Below are positions 55,267-64,000 of a DNA stretch of 64,000 bases, piece after piece. Within the stretch, counting starts at the first letter, position 1, and each line of letters starts with the position of its first letter. The notes below the pieces were generated by a model that saw only the letters and a list, made by a program, of their open reading frames with translations, was not told where the DNA came from and ran no database searches. Origin of the DNA: Candidatus Nomurabacteria bacterium. GTDB lineage: Bacteria > Patescibacteriota > Minisyncoccia > Phycocordibacterales > UBA9973. The position numbers and the translations under genes were made by a program. The DNA lies in the NCBI GenBank assembly GCA_016199805.1, contig JACQGC010000004.1, positions 19,816-83,815 on the forward strand, read 5' to 3'.

Positions 55267-56111
55267 GGAAAAAAGTAATTTTTTATGCCTGTAGCGGTTA
55301 GAGATGCCATGTCTTTATACGATTGTTTGCGGGCTGCGGAGGTGCGGAATTTCTTTTCGTAGATGTAGCTGTATTCTATGAGGACGGAACGCACTTTGGC
55401 ATCCAGCGTACCGTTGGAGCCTATGGCAATGAGTTTCTGGTCAGGTGTCAATCCGCCCACTTCGGGCGGGTATGTGCTCGAGGCATATTTTTTACGCAAC
55501 TGCGTATATATGTCTGCCGCCAAACCCGTGCTCTCTTTGGAGTTGGCCAGCTGACCATCTGGGTAATAAACGACGAAACCTTTATATTTACCAATAGTCC
55601 AAGCGTCCGGCCGCGGATAATCATTGAAGTGAACATGAATCATGGCGTCAATTTTGTTTTCGTCCGCCCATTTATTAAACCCGTATAGCCGCAGCGCCAC
55701 ATCTTCCGAGGCTCTGTTGTGCGGAGCATTTTCTTTGGGAATAAAATCCCCGCTAATAATTTTGTCTTGAACTATTTTTTTAGCAGCTTGTTCAAAAGCC
55801 AGAATGGCATCTTTTTGACTTTCAAAATCAGAGAAATTTTTCGTGTATCCATTGCTGTCTCGGGTTATGTACACATCAAACCGCTTGTCTCTTTTTAGAA
55901 TGTTATAAATCTGGGTAGCCAAAGCCAAAGTCATCGTCGCCTCTTTCATATTGCCATATTGCGCTCCCCAGACTTCACTGTCATGCCCCGGCACCAACAG
56001 AATCTTTACAGGTTTTGGTGTTACAACCTTTGTTTTTGCGGCGTAAATAGGGAAAATAGGGGTAAAAAGCGAAAGGAAAAGCAATAAAATTGAGATTTTT
56101 TTAATTATCAT
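55254..56111 (-). CDS. secreted cell-wall amidase-like protein (Amidase_3-like, tentative)
   Basis: Signal peptide; LLVPGHDSE..DVYITRD..IDAMIHVHFND loosely matches the N-acetylmuramoyl-L-alanine amidase pattern. Confidence 0.4.
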   Translation of the reverse strand: MIIKKISILLLFLSLFTPIFPIYAAKTKVVTPKPVKILLVPGHDSEVWGAQYGNMKEATMTLALATQIYNILKRDKRFDVYITRDSNGYTKNFSDFESQKDAILAFEQAAKKIVQDKIISGDFIPKENAPHNRASEDVALRLYGFNKWADENKIDAMIHVHFNDYPRPDAWTIGKYKGFVVYYPDGQLANSKESTGLAADIYTQLRKKYASSTYPPEVGGLTPDQKLIAIGSNGTLDAKVRSVLIEYSYIYEKKFRTSAARKQSYKDMASLTATGIKNYFFPTSP

Positions 56112-56125
56112 AGTATCATTGTAAC

Positions 56126-57046
56126 ATGCCAGAATTACCAGAAGTAGAAAATCTTAGAATGGGCTTAGCTAAGAACATTCTAAATCAAAAAATCCTTAGT
56201 GTGGAAATCGGAAAACCGAAACTCGTTTCGGGTAAAGGAACCCTGCGAAAAATTTCCACAAAAAAGAAAACGCAATTTATAAAGGGCGTCGTGGGTGAAA
56301 AGTTTATCGGCGTAGAACGCCGGGCCAAAAATCTCATTTTTAAACTGACTCACGGAAAAATTCTTATCGCCCATCTGAAGATGTCGGGGCAATTCGTTTA
56401 TCAAAAAAAGAATGGGCAGAACGCCATTATTGGCGGGCACCCCATAGAACTTTCCGAAACCAAACTGCCAAACAAACATTCGCATATTATCTTTAAATTA
56501 AGTAATGGGGTTTTGTATTACAACGACACCAGAATGTTTGGCTATGTTCTTTACTACTCCGACCTAAAAACATTTGAAGCGGAAAACCATTTCGCTATGT
56601 ATGGGGTAGAACCACTATCCAAAGAATTCACCCCTAAGTATTTTTTTGAATCGCTGAAAAATAAAAAAGGCCGCGCCAAAGGACGGACAGGCAAGATAAA
56701 AGCGTTGCTGATGGACCAAAAAATAGTGACCGGTCTCGGAAATATATATGCGGATGAAAGTTTGTTTGAAGCCAAAATACGCCCGGACAGGCAGGCTATG
56801 AGTATCTCAAGCAAAGAAACGACCAGACTACACAAGGCCATAATCCGCATCATAAAAAGAGCCATAAAAGTAGGCGGTTCATCGGTGGCGACCTATCGCC
56901 TGCTCGACAACACTCGGGGCAATTATGCCAGAGAACATAAAGTATACGGCAAAGACGGAGAAAAGTGTCAAAATTGCAAAAAACCACTTACAAAAACGAT
57001 AGTCGCCGGCAGAACGACAATTTTCTGTCCAAGCTGTCAAAGATAG
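56126..57046 (+). CDS. mutM: formamidopyrimidine-DNA glycosylase (Fpg/MutM)
   Basis: MPELPEVE N-terminus; C-terminal zinc finger CQNCKKPL...FCPSCQ. Confidence 0.9.
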   Translation: MPELPEVENLRMGLAKNILNQKILSVEIGKPKLVSGKGTLRKISTKKKTQFIKGVVGEKFIGVERRAKNLIFKLTHGKILIAHLKMSGQFVYQKKNGQNAIIGGHPIELSETKLPNKHSHIIFKLSNGVLYYNDTRMFGYVLYYSDLKTFEAENHFAMYGVEPLSKEFTPKYFFESLKNKKGRAKGRTGKIKALLMDQKIVTGLGNIYADESLFEAKIRPDRQAMSISSKETTRLHKAIIRIIKRAIKVGGSSVATYRLLDNTRGNYAREHKVYGKDGEKCQNCKKPLTKTIVAGRTTIFCPSCQR

Positions 57047-57149
57047 ATAGCAAAAGAGTTTTTTAAAGGCCTTTCGCAGCCGGGTAGGCGAGAAGTTCGC
57101 TCCGCAAGCTTGCGGAGATAGATTGCCTTTTAAAAATTGCTTTTGCTAT

Positions 57150-57635
57150 CTATCTTCCCAAGATTCCAAAAAGCGCAATTCCACAAGCCACCGAGACATT
57201 CAGAGATTCTTTTTTGCCAAGCATGGGAATCTCGGCTATAATATCGCATTTTTCTAGAATATTTTTAGGTATTCCTGTTACTTCCGCACCCACGATAAAT
57301 ACATTCCCTTGCCCTGAGCGAAGCCGAAGGGTTTTATAATCAACAGAATTTTTGTCTTGTTCTACAGCTATGACAGTAAATTTATCCTTTTTGAGTTTCG
57401 CCAAAAGCGGCAATATGCTTTTCTTCTGTTCCCAGCTTACAAATTCTTCCGCGCCCAACGCCGACTTGGCCAAATCCCCTCTTTTACGCCCAAAGCGGTC
57501 CAAGGGTGTGGGTGTGTAACCCGTCAGATAAATTTTATCTATCCCCGCTGCGTCAGCCGTGCGAAACATAGCGCCCACATTCTGCACACTCCGCACATTG
57601 TGTATTATTAAAATGTTTTCCTGTTTTTTTGTCAT
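57150..57635 (-). CDS. SpoU/TrmH-family RNA 2'-O-methyltransferase
   Basis: IHNVRSVQNVGAMFRTADAAGI and a C-terminal SPOUT knot region. Confidence 0.8.
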   Translation of the reverse strand: MTKKQENILIIHNVRSVQNVGAMFRTADAAGIDKIYLTGYTPTPLDRFGRKRGDLAKSALGAEEFVSWEQKKSILPLLAKLKKDKFTVIAVEQDKNSVDYKTLRLRSGQGNVFIVGAEVTGIPKNILEKCDIIAEIPMLGKKESLNVSVACGIALFGILGR

Positions 57636-57685
57636 AAGTAAATTTAAACTATTCGCCTATTCGCGCGAATTAGAGAATAGATATG

Positions 57686-59404
57686 CTAGTAAACCTCCTG
57701 CTGATAACACTTCTCACAATAAACAATCTCCGGTCGTTCGGGAGCATAGGAAGTTTCAAACTCATTAGCACAGCCGGGTTTCATACACTGTCTATGCCAA
57801 AGTTTGGGCGGATTTCGTTGTTCTATTCTTTGAATATGTCGACAATTGGGACATAAGTGTGGAATGGGTAAATTTATTCTTTTATAAAATTGAAATTCTG
57901 ATGCAGTAATTTTAAATGCTTCTGTGCATTGTTCTTTGCATTCACCTTGGTGCTCACATTCTATAACTTTTCCTATGATACTTTCATTCACATCCAACAA
58001 ATTATCGGGAATATCTTCATTTTTTATGTCTATTTTATAATTTCTTTCAATTCTGTCTTTCCATTTATATCCCTGTTTCAATGCCTCTCTTTTAGTTAGG
58101 GGGAAATATTCTTGAGCTTGAGTTTCATTGTAAGCAAAAAAGGATAATTCTATTGGAAAAAATTCTCCGTATTTATATATCCTACCGTTGTTGTCTATAT
58201 AAGGCATTTTCATCATTTGTTCTTTTATTTTTCCAAGTATTTCAAAATATTCTTTCTCGGAATACTGCTTATTTAAAATGTAAAATTTGGCATTAGTAAG
58301 CCCCACACAACCAAAACAATTTGAGCAGTTTTTAAGAATAAAAGAATACTCACATTCTCGGCACCCTTCTATGGTGATGTAACAGAAAAAATCCTTAAAA
58401 GTATTGCCGGTTGGAGCCATTCCTTCATAAATGAGTTCCCCTGTAGCAAGCCCTGAGCTATCAAAAACATCTTTTGATTTAATCACTCTGTAGCTATAAG
58501 CGACATTTTCGGAATCAATGGTGTTAAAAGACCTTTTTATATTTCTTGAATTGTGAATATAATCACCGGTCGCATTTTGTGAAGCATAAATTGATGCATA
58601 TTTATGAATCGATTTTTCTTTAGTCAATAATTCAAATTCTTTCTTCGCTTTTTCTATTCCTGCATGTGTTTCCAAGTAATATTCTTTTAGTTTTTTGAAA
58701 TATTCTTCTTTTGATAATTTTATATTATTAAAATAATATTGTTGATTTCTTAAGTTTGAAGATAGAAAACAATTTTGACAATTTTTACAATCATATAGGA
58801 AATAAGAATCAATGCAGTTGTTGGATTTTATTGCGTAGTGGGTATTGTAATTCAACTCGCAGTCAATATTTTGATAGCAATTATCCAATTTATTAACAGC
58901 TAGACAATCTAAACTATTTTTTGAATTATCAATATTTTCGGAATATGAAACATCCTCGCAGTAAATAACAGAATAAGACAAATAACAATTCTTATCATCT
59001 ATGGCAAAATTTATAAACTCGGAATTTATTAGATTGCCGAATTTATAGGCATAGAAACGAGGATTTATTTTAAGCAATTCACTTAGCTGTTCAAAAAAGG
59101 TTTTGGAAAAATCATATTCTTTTGCATTCACAAATTGATCCCAATTTCCCCCATAATAACATTCAGTGCAATAAACAGGTGCAGTATCTTTGTCGGAATA
59201 CATTGAAATAAGAGACTTTTCACATAAACCACAAGACCTCTTATATAGAGAGCGCACGTTTCGCCATGCCATTCTTCGTATCAACCTGCACTCCGGGCAA
59301 AAAGTCGGCGGAGGAACTTTGATTTTTTCATAGAAATTGAAGTCTTCCGGCTCTATGGTGAAGTCTTTCTTACAGTTTTGGCATATTTTGGTTTCAGAAT
59401 CCAT
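57686..59404 (-). CDS. large cysteine-rich protein with N- and C-terminal zinc-ribbon motifs (paralog B)
   Basis: N-term CQNCKKDF..FYEKIKVPPPTFCPECRLIRR; C-term ..IPIPHLCPNCRHIQR...YCEKCYQQEVY; same architecture as 24151-25848. Confidence 0.6.
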   Translation of the reverse strand: MDSETKICQNCKKDFTIEPEDFNFYEKIKVPPPTFCPECRLIRRMAWRNVRSLYKRSCGLCEKSLISMYSDKDTAPVYCTECYYGGNWDQFVNAKEYDFSKTFFEQLSELLKINPRFYAYKFGNLINSEFINFAIDDKNCYLSYSVIYCEDVSYSENIDNSKNSLDCLAVNKLDNCYQNIDCELNYNTHYAIKSNNCIDSYFLYDCKNCQNCFLSSNLRNQQYYFNNIKLSKEEYFKKLKEYYLETHAGIEKAKKEFELLTKEKSIHKYASIYASQNATGDYIHNSRNIKRSFNTIDSENVAYSYRVIKSKDVFDSSGLATGELIYEGMAPTGNTFKDFFCYITIEGCRECEYSFILKNCSNCFGCVGLTNAKFYILNKQYSEKEYFEILGKIKEQMMKMPYIDNNGRIYKYGEFFPIELSFFAYNETQAQEYFPLTKREALKQGYKWKDRIERNYKIDIKNEDIPDNLLDVNESIIGKVIECEHQGECKEQCTEAFKITASEFQFYKRINLPIPHLCPNCRHIQRIEQRNPPKLWHRQCMKPGCANEFETSYAPERPEIVYCEKCYQQEVY

Positions 59405-59429
59405 GTTTATATAATATGCTTATATCGGG

Positions 59430-60701
59430 CTAAATCAAGAAGTTTCTATTCCTTAGATTTTTGTGATACGCTATCGCGAATCTGTGCGCTTCGCTGTTTG
59501 ATAGCAGGATTTCTCTTTTATATTTTTTAGTAAATTCGCTCGCTCCGAGAATGTCTTTGGGTTTGTGTTTTTCGTCTTTCAATACTGCCACCACGGGGAT
59601 TTTTAGGCCAAGTTTTTTCAAGACAGACATTCCTGCGTGCAGCTGCGCCACTCCGCCATCCACAACAATCAGGTTCGGATACTGCCACTCCGTATGCGCC
59701 AGGCGCCTTTCCAGCACTTCTGTGAGCGCGCCCGTGTCGTTGGCATTATTTTGCGTTCTGATTTTGAATTTTTTATATTCATTCTTTGCCACTTCCCCAT
59801 CTTCTACCACTGTCATCACGCCCACCATATTTTTTCCTCCCATGTGCGCTATGTCATAAGATTCTATTCTAGCGAATGAAACAGGAAAATTTTTATCCGT
59901 GTGGGACCCACCTCGTACTCGAGGAAGGGAGGAGCGGGAAAAATTTTCCTGTTTCAGGAGCGCCACATCATTTATGTGCTGCAAGGCAAACATTTGCCTT
60001 TTTATTTCTCCCGCTTTTTCAAATTCACGAGCCTTCGCATAATCTTTCATTTCTTTTTTTAGATTTTGCAAAATTTGCTGTTTTTTGCCGGAAAAAAATA
60101 ATTTTATATTCCGAATATTCTGCATATACAGTTTTCTGTCTTTTAAATCCGGCACCAGATTTATTTGTTTGTAAAATTCTAGATAATTTTTACTTTTGTC
60201 ATCCAGGAAGGGAAAAATCCGGCGAATAATTTTCATCGCCTCGCGAAGCTGTGGCCCACTGGTATAAGGCCCATATATTTTGTTAAACACCGAGTGTTTA
60301 ACATTTCTACCTCGCACAACAATTACTCTAGGTAATTCCTCCCCGCCTGCTCCCGAACCATCGTGAGGGCGGGCAGGTTTGGTTATGCAAACATAATTAA
60401 AACTTTTATCATCTTTTTCCCTGGTGTTGTAATAAGGTTGATGTTTCTTAATCAGTTGCGCCTCTAAAATGAGGGCTTCGAGAACACTATCCGTCTCTTG
60501 CCAATCTATTTTATCCGCCTTGTAAACCATATCCACTAAAAGCGGACCCCTGGTCTCAATCAAATCTTTTGAAAAATAACTTTTTGTGCGGTCTTTGAGT
60601 GAAGTGGCTTTGCCGATATAGAGAATTTGCTTCTTGTGCTTAAAGAAATAAACCCCTGGCTTGTCTGGAAGTTTTGATTTTTTATGATATTTGATATCCA
60701 T
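59430..60701 (-). CDS. uvrC: excinuclease ABC subunit C (UvrC), compact form
   Basis: GIY-YIG N-terminus LPDKPGVYFF..ILYIGKATSLKDRTKSYF; position adjacent to uvrA. Confidence 0.7.
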   Translation of the reverse strand: MDIKYHKKSKLPDKPGVYFFKHKKQILYIGKATSLKDRTKSYFSKDLIETRGPLLVDMVYKADKIDWQETDSVLEALILEAQLIKKHQPYYNTREKDDKSFNYVCITKPARPHDGSGAGGEELPRVIVVRGRNVKHSVFNKIYGPYTSGPQLREAMKIIRRIFPFLDDKSKNYLEFYKQINLVPDLKDRKLYMQNIRNIKLFFSGKKQQILQNLKKEMKDYAKAREFEKAGEIKRQMFALQHINDVALLKQENFSRSSLPRVRGGSHTDKNFPVSFARIESYDIAHMGGKNMVGVMTVVEDGEVAKNEYKKFKIRTQNNANDTGALTEVLERRLAHTEWQYPNLIVVDGGVAQLHAGMSVLKKLGLKIPVVAVLKDEKHKPKDILGASEFTKKYKREILLSNSEAHRFAIAYHKNLRNRNFLI

Positions 60702-60702
60702 T

Positions 60703-63378
60703 TTATTTTCTTAGTACTTTTTTGAGATATTTGCCAGTATAACTTTTTGCATTGTTTGCCACCTCCTCCGGTGTGCCCTTAGCCACGATATTTCCGCCAT
60801 TCACTCCCCCTTCCGGCCCTATATCTATTATATAATCCGAACTCTTCACGATGTCCAGGTTGTGTTCTATCAGCACCACAGTGTTGCCGTGCGACACGAG
60901 CTTGTTTAAAACCTCCAGAAGTTTGTGCACATCATCATAGTGCAAGCCAACCGTCGGCTCGTCTAAAAGATAAATCGTTTTCTCGGTGTGCGGACGATAC
61001 AGCTCGCTAGATATTTTTACGCGTTGCGCTTCTCCTCCAGAGAGAGTCGTAGCAGATTGGCCGAGCTCCACATAACCCAAGCCCACATCGAGCAAGGTTT
61101 GCAGCCGGTCGGAAACCGCCGGAATATCTTTAAAAAAGGTCAGGCCTTCTTCCACAGTCATATGCAACACTTCATAAATATTTTTCTTTTTGTATTTTAT
61201 CGTCAGAGTTTCCTTATCAAATCTTTTTCCGCCACACACGTCGCAGGTTACATAAACGGTTGGTAAGAAATGCATCTCCACAGCAATTTCTCCGTTGCCT
61301 TCGCAGGCCTCACAGCGTCCGCCTTTTACGTTGAAAGAAAAGCGGTTGGATTTCCAGCCACGTAGCCGCGCTTCTTCAGTTGTAGCGAAAAGATCACGAA
61401 TGTGGGTGAAAGCGCCTGTGTAAGTCGCAATGTTTGAACGCGGCGTGCGGCCGATGGGGCTCTGGTCTATCAAAATCACCCGGGAAATATATTCCGTGCC
61501 GGAAAAAGACGAACAATTAAAAACTTGTGCCGTGCGATATTTGCGTTCCAGTCGCCCCTGGAGATTTTTATAAAGAATTTCGTACATGAACGAACTCTTG
61601 CCCGAACCGGAAACACCGGTGATGGAGGTCATCACGCCGAGGGGCACTTCCACATTCATATTGTTTATATTGAAAACTTTTCCACCCGTGACCCTTAGCA
61701 CCCCTTTCGCCTGCCGTCTCTTTTTGGGAATTTCTATTTTTATTTCATCACGCAGGTAAGCCAGGGTTCTCGAATTGTTTGTATTTTTCTTGGCAGTCAA
61801 TAAATCTTCCAAATAGCCCGACACAATTACTTCTCCGCCGTGCACTCCCGCCTTGGGACCGATGTCCACTATAAAATCCGAAGCGTAAATAGTGTCTTCG
61901 TCATGCTCCACGATTATTATCGTATTTCCCAAATCACGCAGGTTTTGTAAGGTTTTTATCAGGCGGTCGTTGTCCCGTTGATGTAGGCCAATCGTCGGTT
62001 CATCCAGCACATACAATGCGCCTACGAGCCTGGAGCCGAGTTGTGAAGCCAGGCGAATGCGTTGCGCCTCCCCGCCAGAGAGCGTATTGGCTTTACGGGA
62101 GAGTTGTAAATAGTCCAAACCGACATCGAGCATGAACTGCAAGCGCGCTTCTATTTCTTTGACGATAGGCACGGAAATTTCTTTCTCTTGTTCGGAAAGT
62201 TTTAGATTTTTGAAAAAATCATGCGCGTCTTTGATGGAAAGAGAAGATAAATCCAGAATATTTATTTTTTTATGCGACGCTTCTAAAAATACGTTCAGCG
62301 CCTCGGGTCGTAAACGCGCGCCATGACATGCCTCGCAGGGTTCATCGCCCATGAAATATTTCGAACCGAGGCCGTTACAGGCCGGGCAAGCGCCGTAAGG
62401 AGAATTGAAGGAAAATAATCTTGGCTCCACTTCCGGAAAAGAAAAACCGTCGTTCTTGCAGGCAAACTTGGCGGACATGATAAATTCATCATCACCTATT
62501 TTTATAGCCACTAGGCCGTCGGACTCAATCAAGGCCCGCTCTATGGCTTCCGCCAGACGCATCCGGCTGCCGTCTTTGTTGTCGGAAAATTCATGCACCG
62601 CAAAATGATCCACCAAAATATCTATGTTGTGGGCTTTGTTTTTGGAAAGAGTGATTTGCTCGCGTAATTTTTTCATCACTCCATCCAGACGGATTTCAGC
62701 AAAACCTTTGCCAAGTAAATCATAAAGCAATTGGTAATATTCCCCTTTGCGTCCGCGGACCACTGGAGAAAAAATACTGATTTCGGTATTATCCCATTCC
62801 ACGCCCATGACTTTGCGCTTGCCCTCTCCTCCTTTCGGAGGAGGAGTGCCCTTTAGGGCGAGGTGGTTCTTTTTAGAATTACCACCCCCTGCCCCCTCCT
62901 TAATCAAGGAGGGGAGGGTAAAATCTTTCACTTTCCCCAACACAAAATTCAAAATTTCTTCATTAGAAAGTTTTTTGATTTCCTCGCCACAAAGCGGACA
63001 GTGCGGGTGCCCGATGCGGGCATACATCACCCGTAGGTAATCATAAATCTCGGTAATCGTCGCCACTGTGGATCGCGGGTTATTGGAGCGGGATTTTTGG
63101 TCAATGGAAATCGCCGGCGATAAACCGGTGATTTCATCCACGTCCGGCTTGGGCATTTGATTCAAAAATTGCCGCGCGTAAGAAGACAGAGACTCCACAT
63201 ATCGCCTCTGCCCTTCGGCAAAAATGGTATCAAAAGCGAGCGAACTCTTTCCGGACCCGGAAACCCCGGTGATGACCACCATTTTATTGCGTGGCATCTC
63301 CACATCAATATTCTTCAAATTGTGTGTCCTAGCCCCTTTTATTGTTATTTTATCTATGTTTTTATCAAGTTTTGTCAT
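60703..63378 (-). CDS. uvrA: excinuclease ABC subunit A (UvrA)
   Basis: Duplicated ABC ATPase with GVSGSGKSS Walker A motifs, zinc fingers ([21 protein letters not shown]), 891 aa; carries an in-frame palindromic insertion. Confidence 0.95.
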   Translation of the reverse strand: MTKLDKNIDKITIKGARTHNLKNIDVEMPRNKMVVITGVSGSGKSSLAFDTIFAEGQRRYVESLSSYARQFLNQMPKPDVDEITGLSPAISIDQKSRSNNPRSTVATITEIYDYLRVMYARIGHPHCPLCGEEIKKLSNEEILNFVLGKVKDFTLPSLIKEGAGGGNSKKNHLALKGTPPPKGGEGKRKVMGVEWDNTEISIFSPVVRGRKGEYYQLLYDLLGKGFAEIRLDGVMKKLREQITLSKNKAHNIDILVDHFAVHEFSDNKDGSRMRLAEAIERALIESDGLVAIKIGDDEFIMSAKFACKNDGFSFPEVEPRLFSFNSPYGACPACNGLGSKYFMGDEPCEACHGARLRPEALNVFLEASHKKINILDLSSLSIKDAHDFFKNLKLSEQEKEISVPIVKEIEARLQFMLDVGLDYLQLSRKANTLSGGEAQRIRLASQLGSRLVGALYVLDEPTIGLHQRDNDRLIKTLQNLRDLGNTIIIVEHDEDTIYASDFIVDIGPKAGVHGGEVIVSGYLEDLLTAKKNTNNSRTLAYLRDEIKIEIPKKRRQAKGVLRVTGGKVFNINNMNVEVPLGVMTSITGVSGSGKSSFMYEILYKNLQGRLERKYRTAQVFNCSSFSGTEYISRVILIDQSPIGRTPRSNIATYTGAFTHIRDLFATTEEARLRGWKSNRFSFNVKGGRCEACEGNGEIAVEMHFLPTVYVTCDVCGGKRFDKETLTIKYKKKNIYEVLHMTVEEGLTFFKDIPAVSDRLQTLLDVGLGYVELGQSATTLSGGEAQRVKISSELYRPHTEKTIYLLDEPTVGLHYDDVHKLLEVLNKLVSHGNTVVLIEHNLDIVKSSDYIIDIGPEGGVNGGNIVAKGTPEEVANNAKSYTGKYLKKVLRK
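62821..62918. repeat. composite palindromic element inserted in-frame in uvrA
   Basis: ctctcctcc-tttc-ggaggagg .. tagggcgaggtgg .. ccccctcctt-aatc-aaggagggg; encodes [31 protein letters not shown]. Confidence 0.65.
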
Positions 63379-63470
63379 AACGCATTTGACACCCCACTAC
63401 GCTCGTAGGGGGTGTGTATCAATATTAATGTATCCACATTATAGCACAAAAAACGTGAAAAGTCCTGTTT

Positions 63471-64000
63471 TTATTTCTTCTCCAAACGCAGACGCAAAAC
63501 TCCTATTTCGTCCCGCAGGATGGCCGCTGTTTCGAAGTCCAGTTCTTTCACCGCTTTACTCATCTCTTTCTCTTTTATTTTTATTATTTTCTCGTAAACC
63601 AAATCGTTCCTCTCTTGGTCCGACATATGCAGTTTTACTTCCGTCTTTCCTTCTTTCTTGGTAACTATGCTTTTATCTTTTTTCAATTCTATCGCGTAGG
63701 CGCGCTTGAAAACCTCCAAATCGAGGTCCAGCTCTGCGTTTACCGTCTTCCCATGCTCGCTTTCCATTTCTTCGGTAATATCATTTATTTTCTTCATAAT
63801 AGTCTTTGGAGTAATGCCGTGCTCTTTGTTGTAAGCCATTTGAATATTTCGACGGCGGGCAGTTTCGGAAAGAGCGTATCTCATCGCATCGGTTTCTATA
63901 TCGGCATAGAGAATCACTTTTCCTTCGCTATTTCTGGCCGCGCGGCCGATAGTCTGAACGAGAGATGTCTCCGAACGTAAAAATCCCGCCTTGTCGGCAT
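63471..64000 (-). CDS. uvrB: excinuclease ABC subunit B (UvrB), C-terminal part (continues beyond the window end)
   Basis: C-terminal UVR domain (..[20 protein letters not shown]) and helicase C-terminal motifs; the reading frame stays open to the window edge. Confidence 0.8.
   Translation of the reverse strand, partial: ADKAGFLRSETSLVQTIGRAARNSEGKVILYADIETDAMRYALSETARRRNIQMAYNKEHGITPKTIMKKINDITEEMESEHGKTVNAELDLDLEVFKRAYAIELKKDKSIVTKKEGKTEVKLHMSDQERNDLVYEKIIKIKEKEMSKAVKELDFETAAILRDEIGVLRLRLEKK

Noticed and set aside
4766-62918. Palindromic GC-rich repeats considered as a CRISPR array
   Set aside because: Copies are dispersed over ~58 kb with irregular spacing, sit inside genes and intergenic regions alike, and are themselves hairpins of variable composition. 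There are no regularly spaced identical direct repeats and no cas genes.

Overview
The window is AT-rich and compact, and looks like a small-genome bacterium (Patescibacteria/CPR-like by inference). It carries housekeeping genes, mostly on the minus strand: secE-nusG-rplK, rplS, rpsT, tsaC/tsaE, murB, ruvA, ruvX, mutM, uvrA/uvrB/uvrC, type IV pilus pilMNO, MacAB-type and other ABC transporters, an ECF sigma factor and six tRNAs. Several accessory systems are superimposed on this backbone. (1) A complete diversity-generating retroelement (DGR): an RT with the GNLTSQ/YADD motifs, a 117-nt TR, a VR at the 3' end of a lectin-fold-like target gene with 18 of 18 substitutions at TR adenines, a downstream hairpin, and a short Avd-like four-helix-bundle ORF. 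(2) A roughly 3.3-kb island of markedly higher GC abutting tRNA-His/tRNA-Leu that encodes a divergent FtsZ/tubulin-superfamily GTPase plus membrane and acidic partner proteins. (3) A family of GC-rich palindromic repeat elements (cores CCCCTCTCC..GGAGAGGGG and ACCTCACCCC/GGGGTGAGGT) present at nine or more loci, four of them inserted in-frame inside murB, an RluA-family gene (twice) and uvrA. (4) A conserved bipartite upstream element (CCCAGTACTAAAATTT ... AAATTTAGTACGGGACA) abutting the start codons of tsaE, nusG and rplK, with diverged copies upstream of secE and rplS. (5) Further GC-rich patches next to tRNAs that encode a PEP-CTERM protein and a collagen-like protein. (6) Two paralogous ~570-aa cysteine-rich zinc-ribbon proteins, one followed by a Com-like zinc-finger gene. 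(7) Giant cell-surface proteins carrying PG-binding, Big_2/cytochrome-b5 or a novel CQDPSATNYGGxLPCTY repeat. All calls rest on reading the sequence and the ORF translations; no database searches were run.
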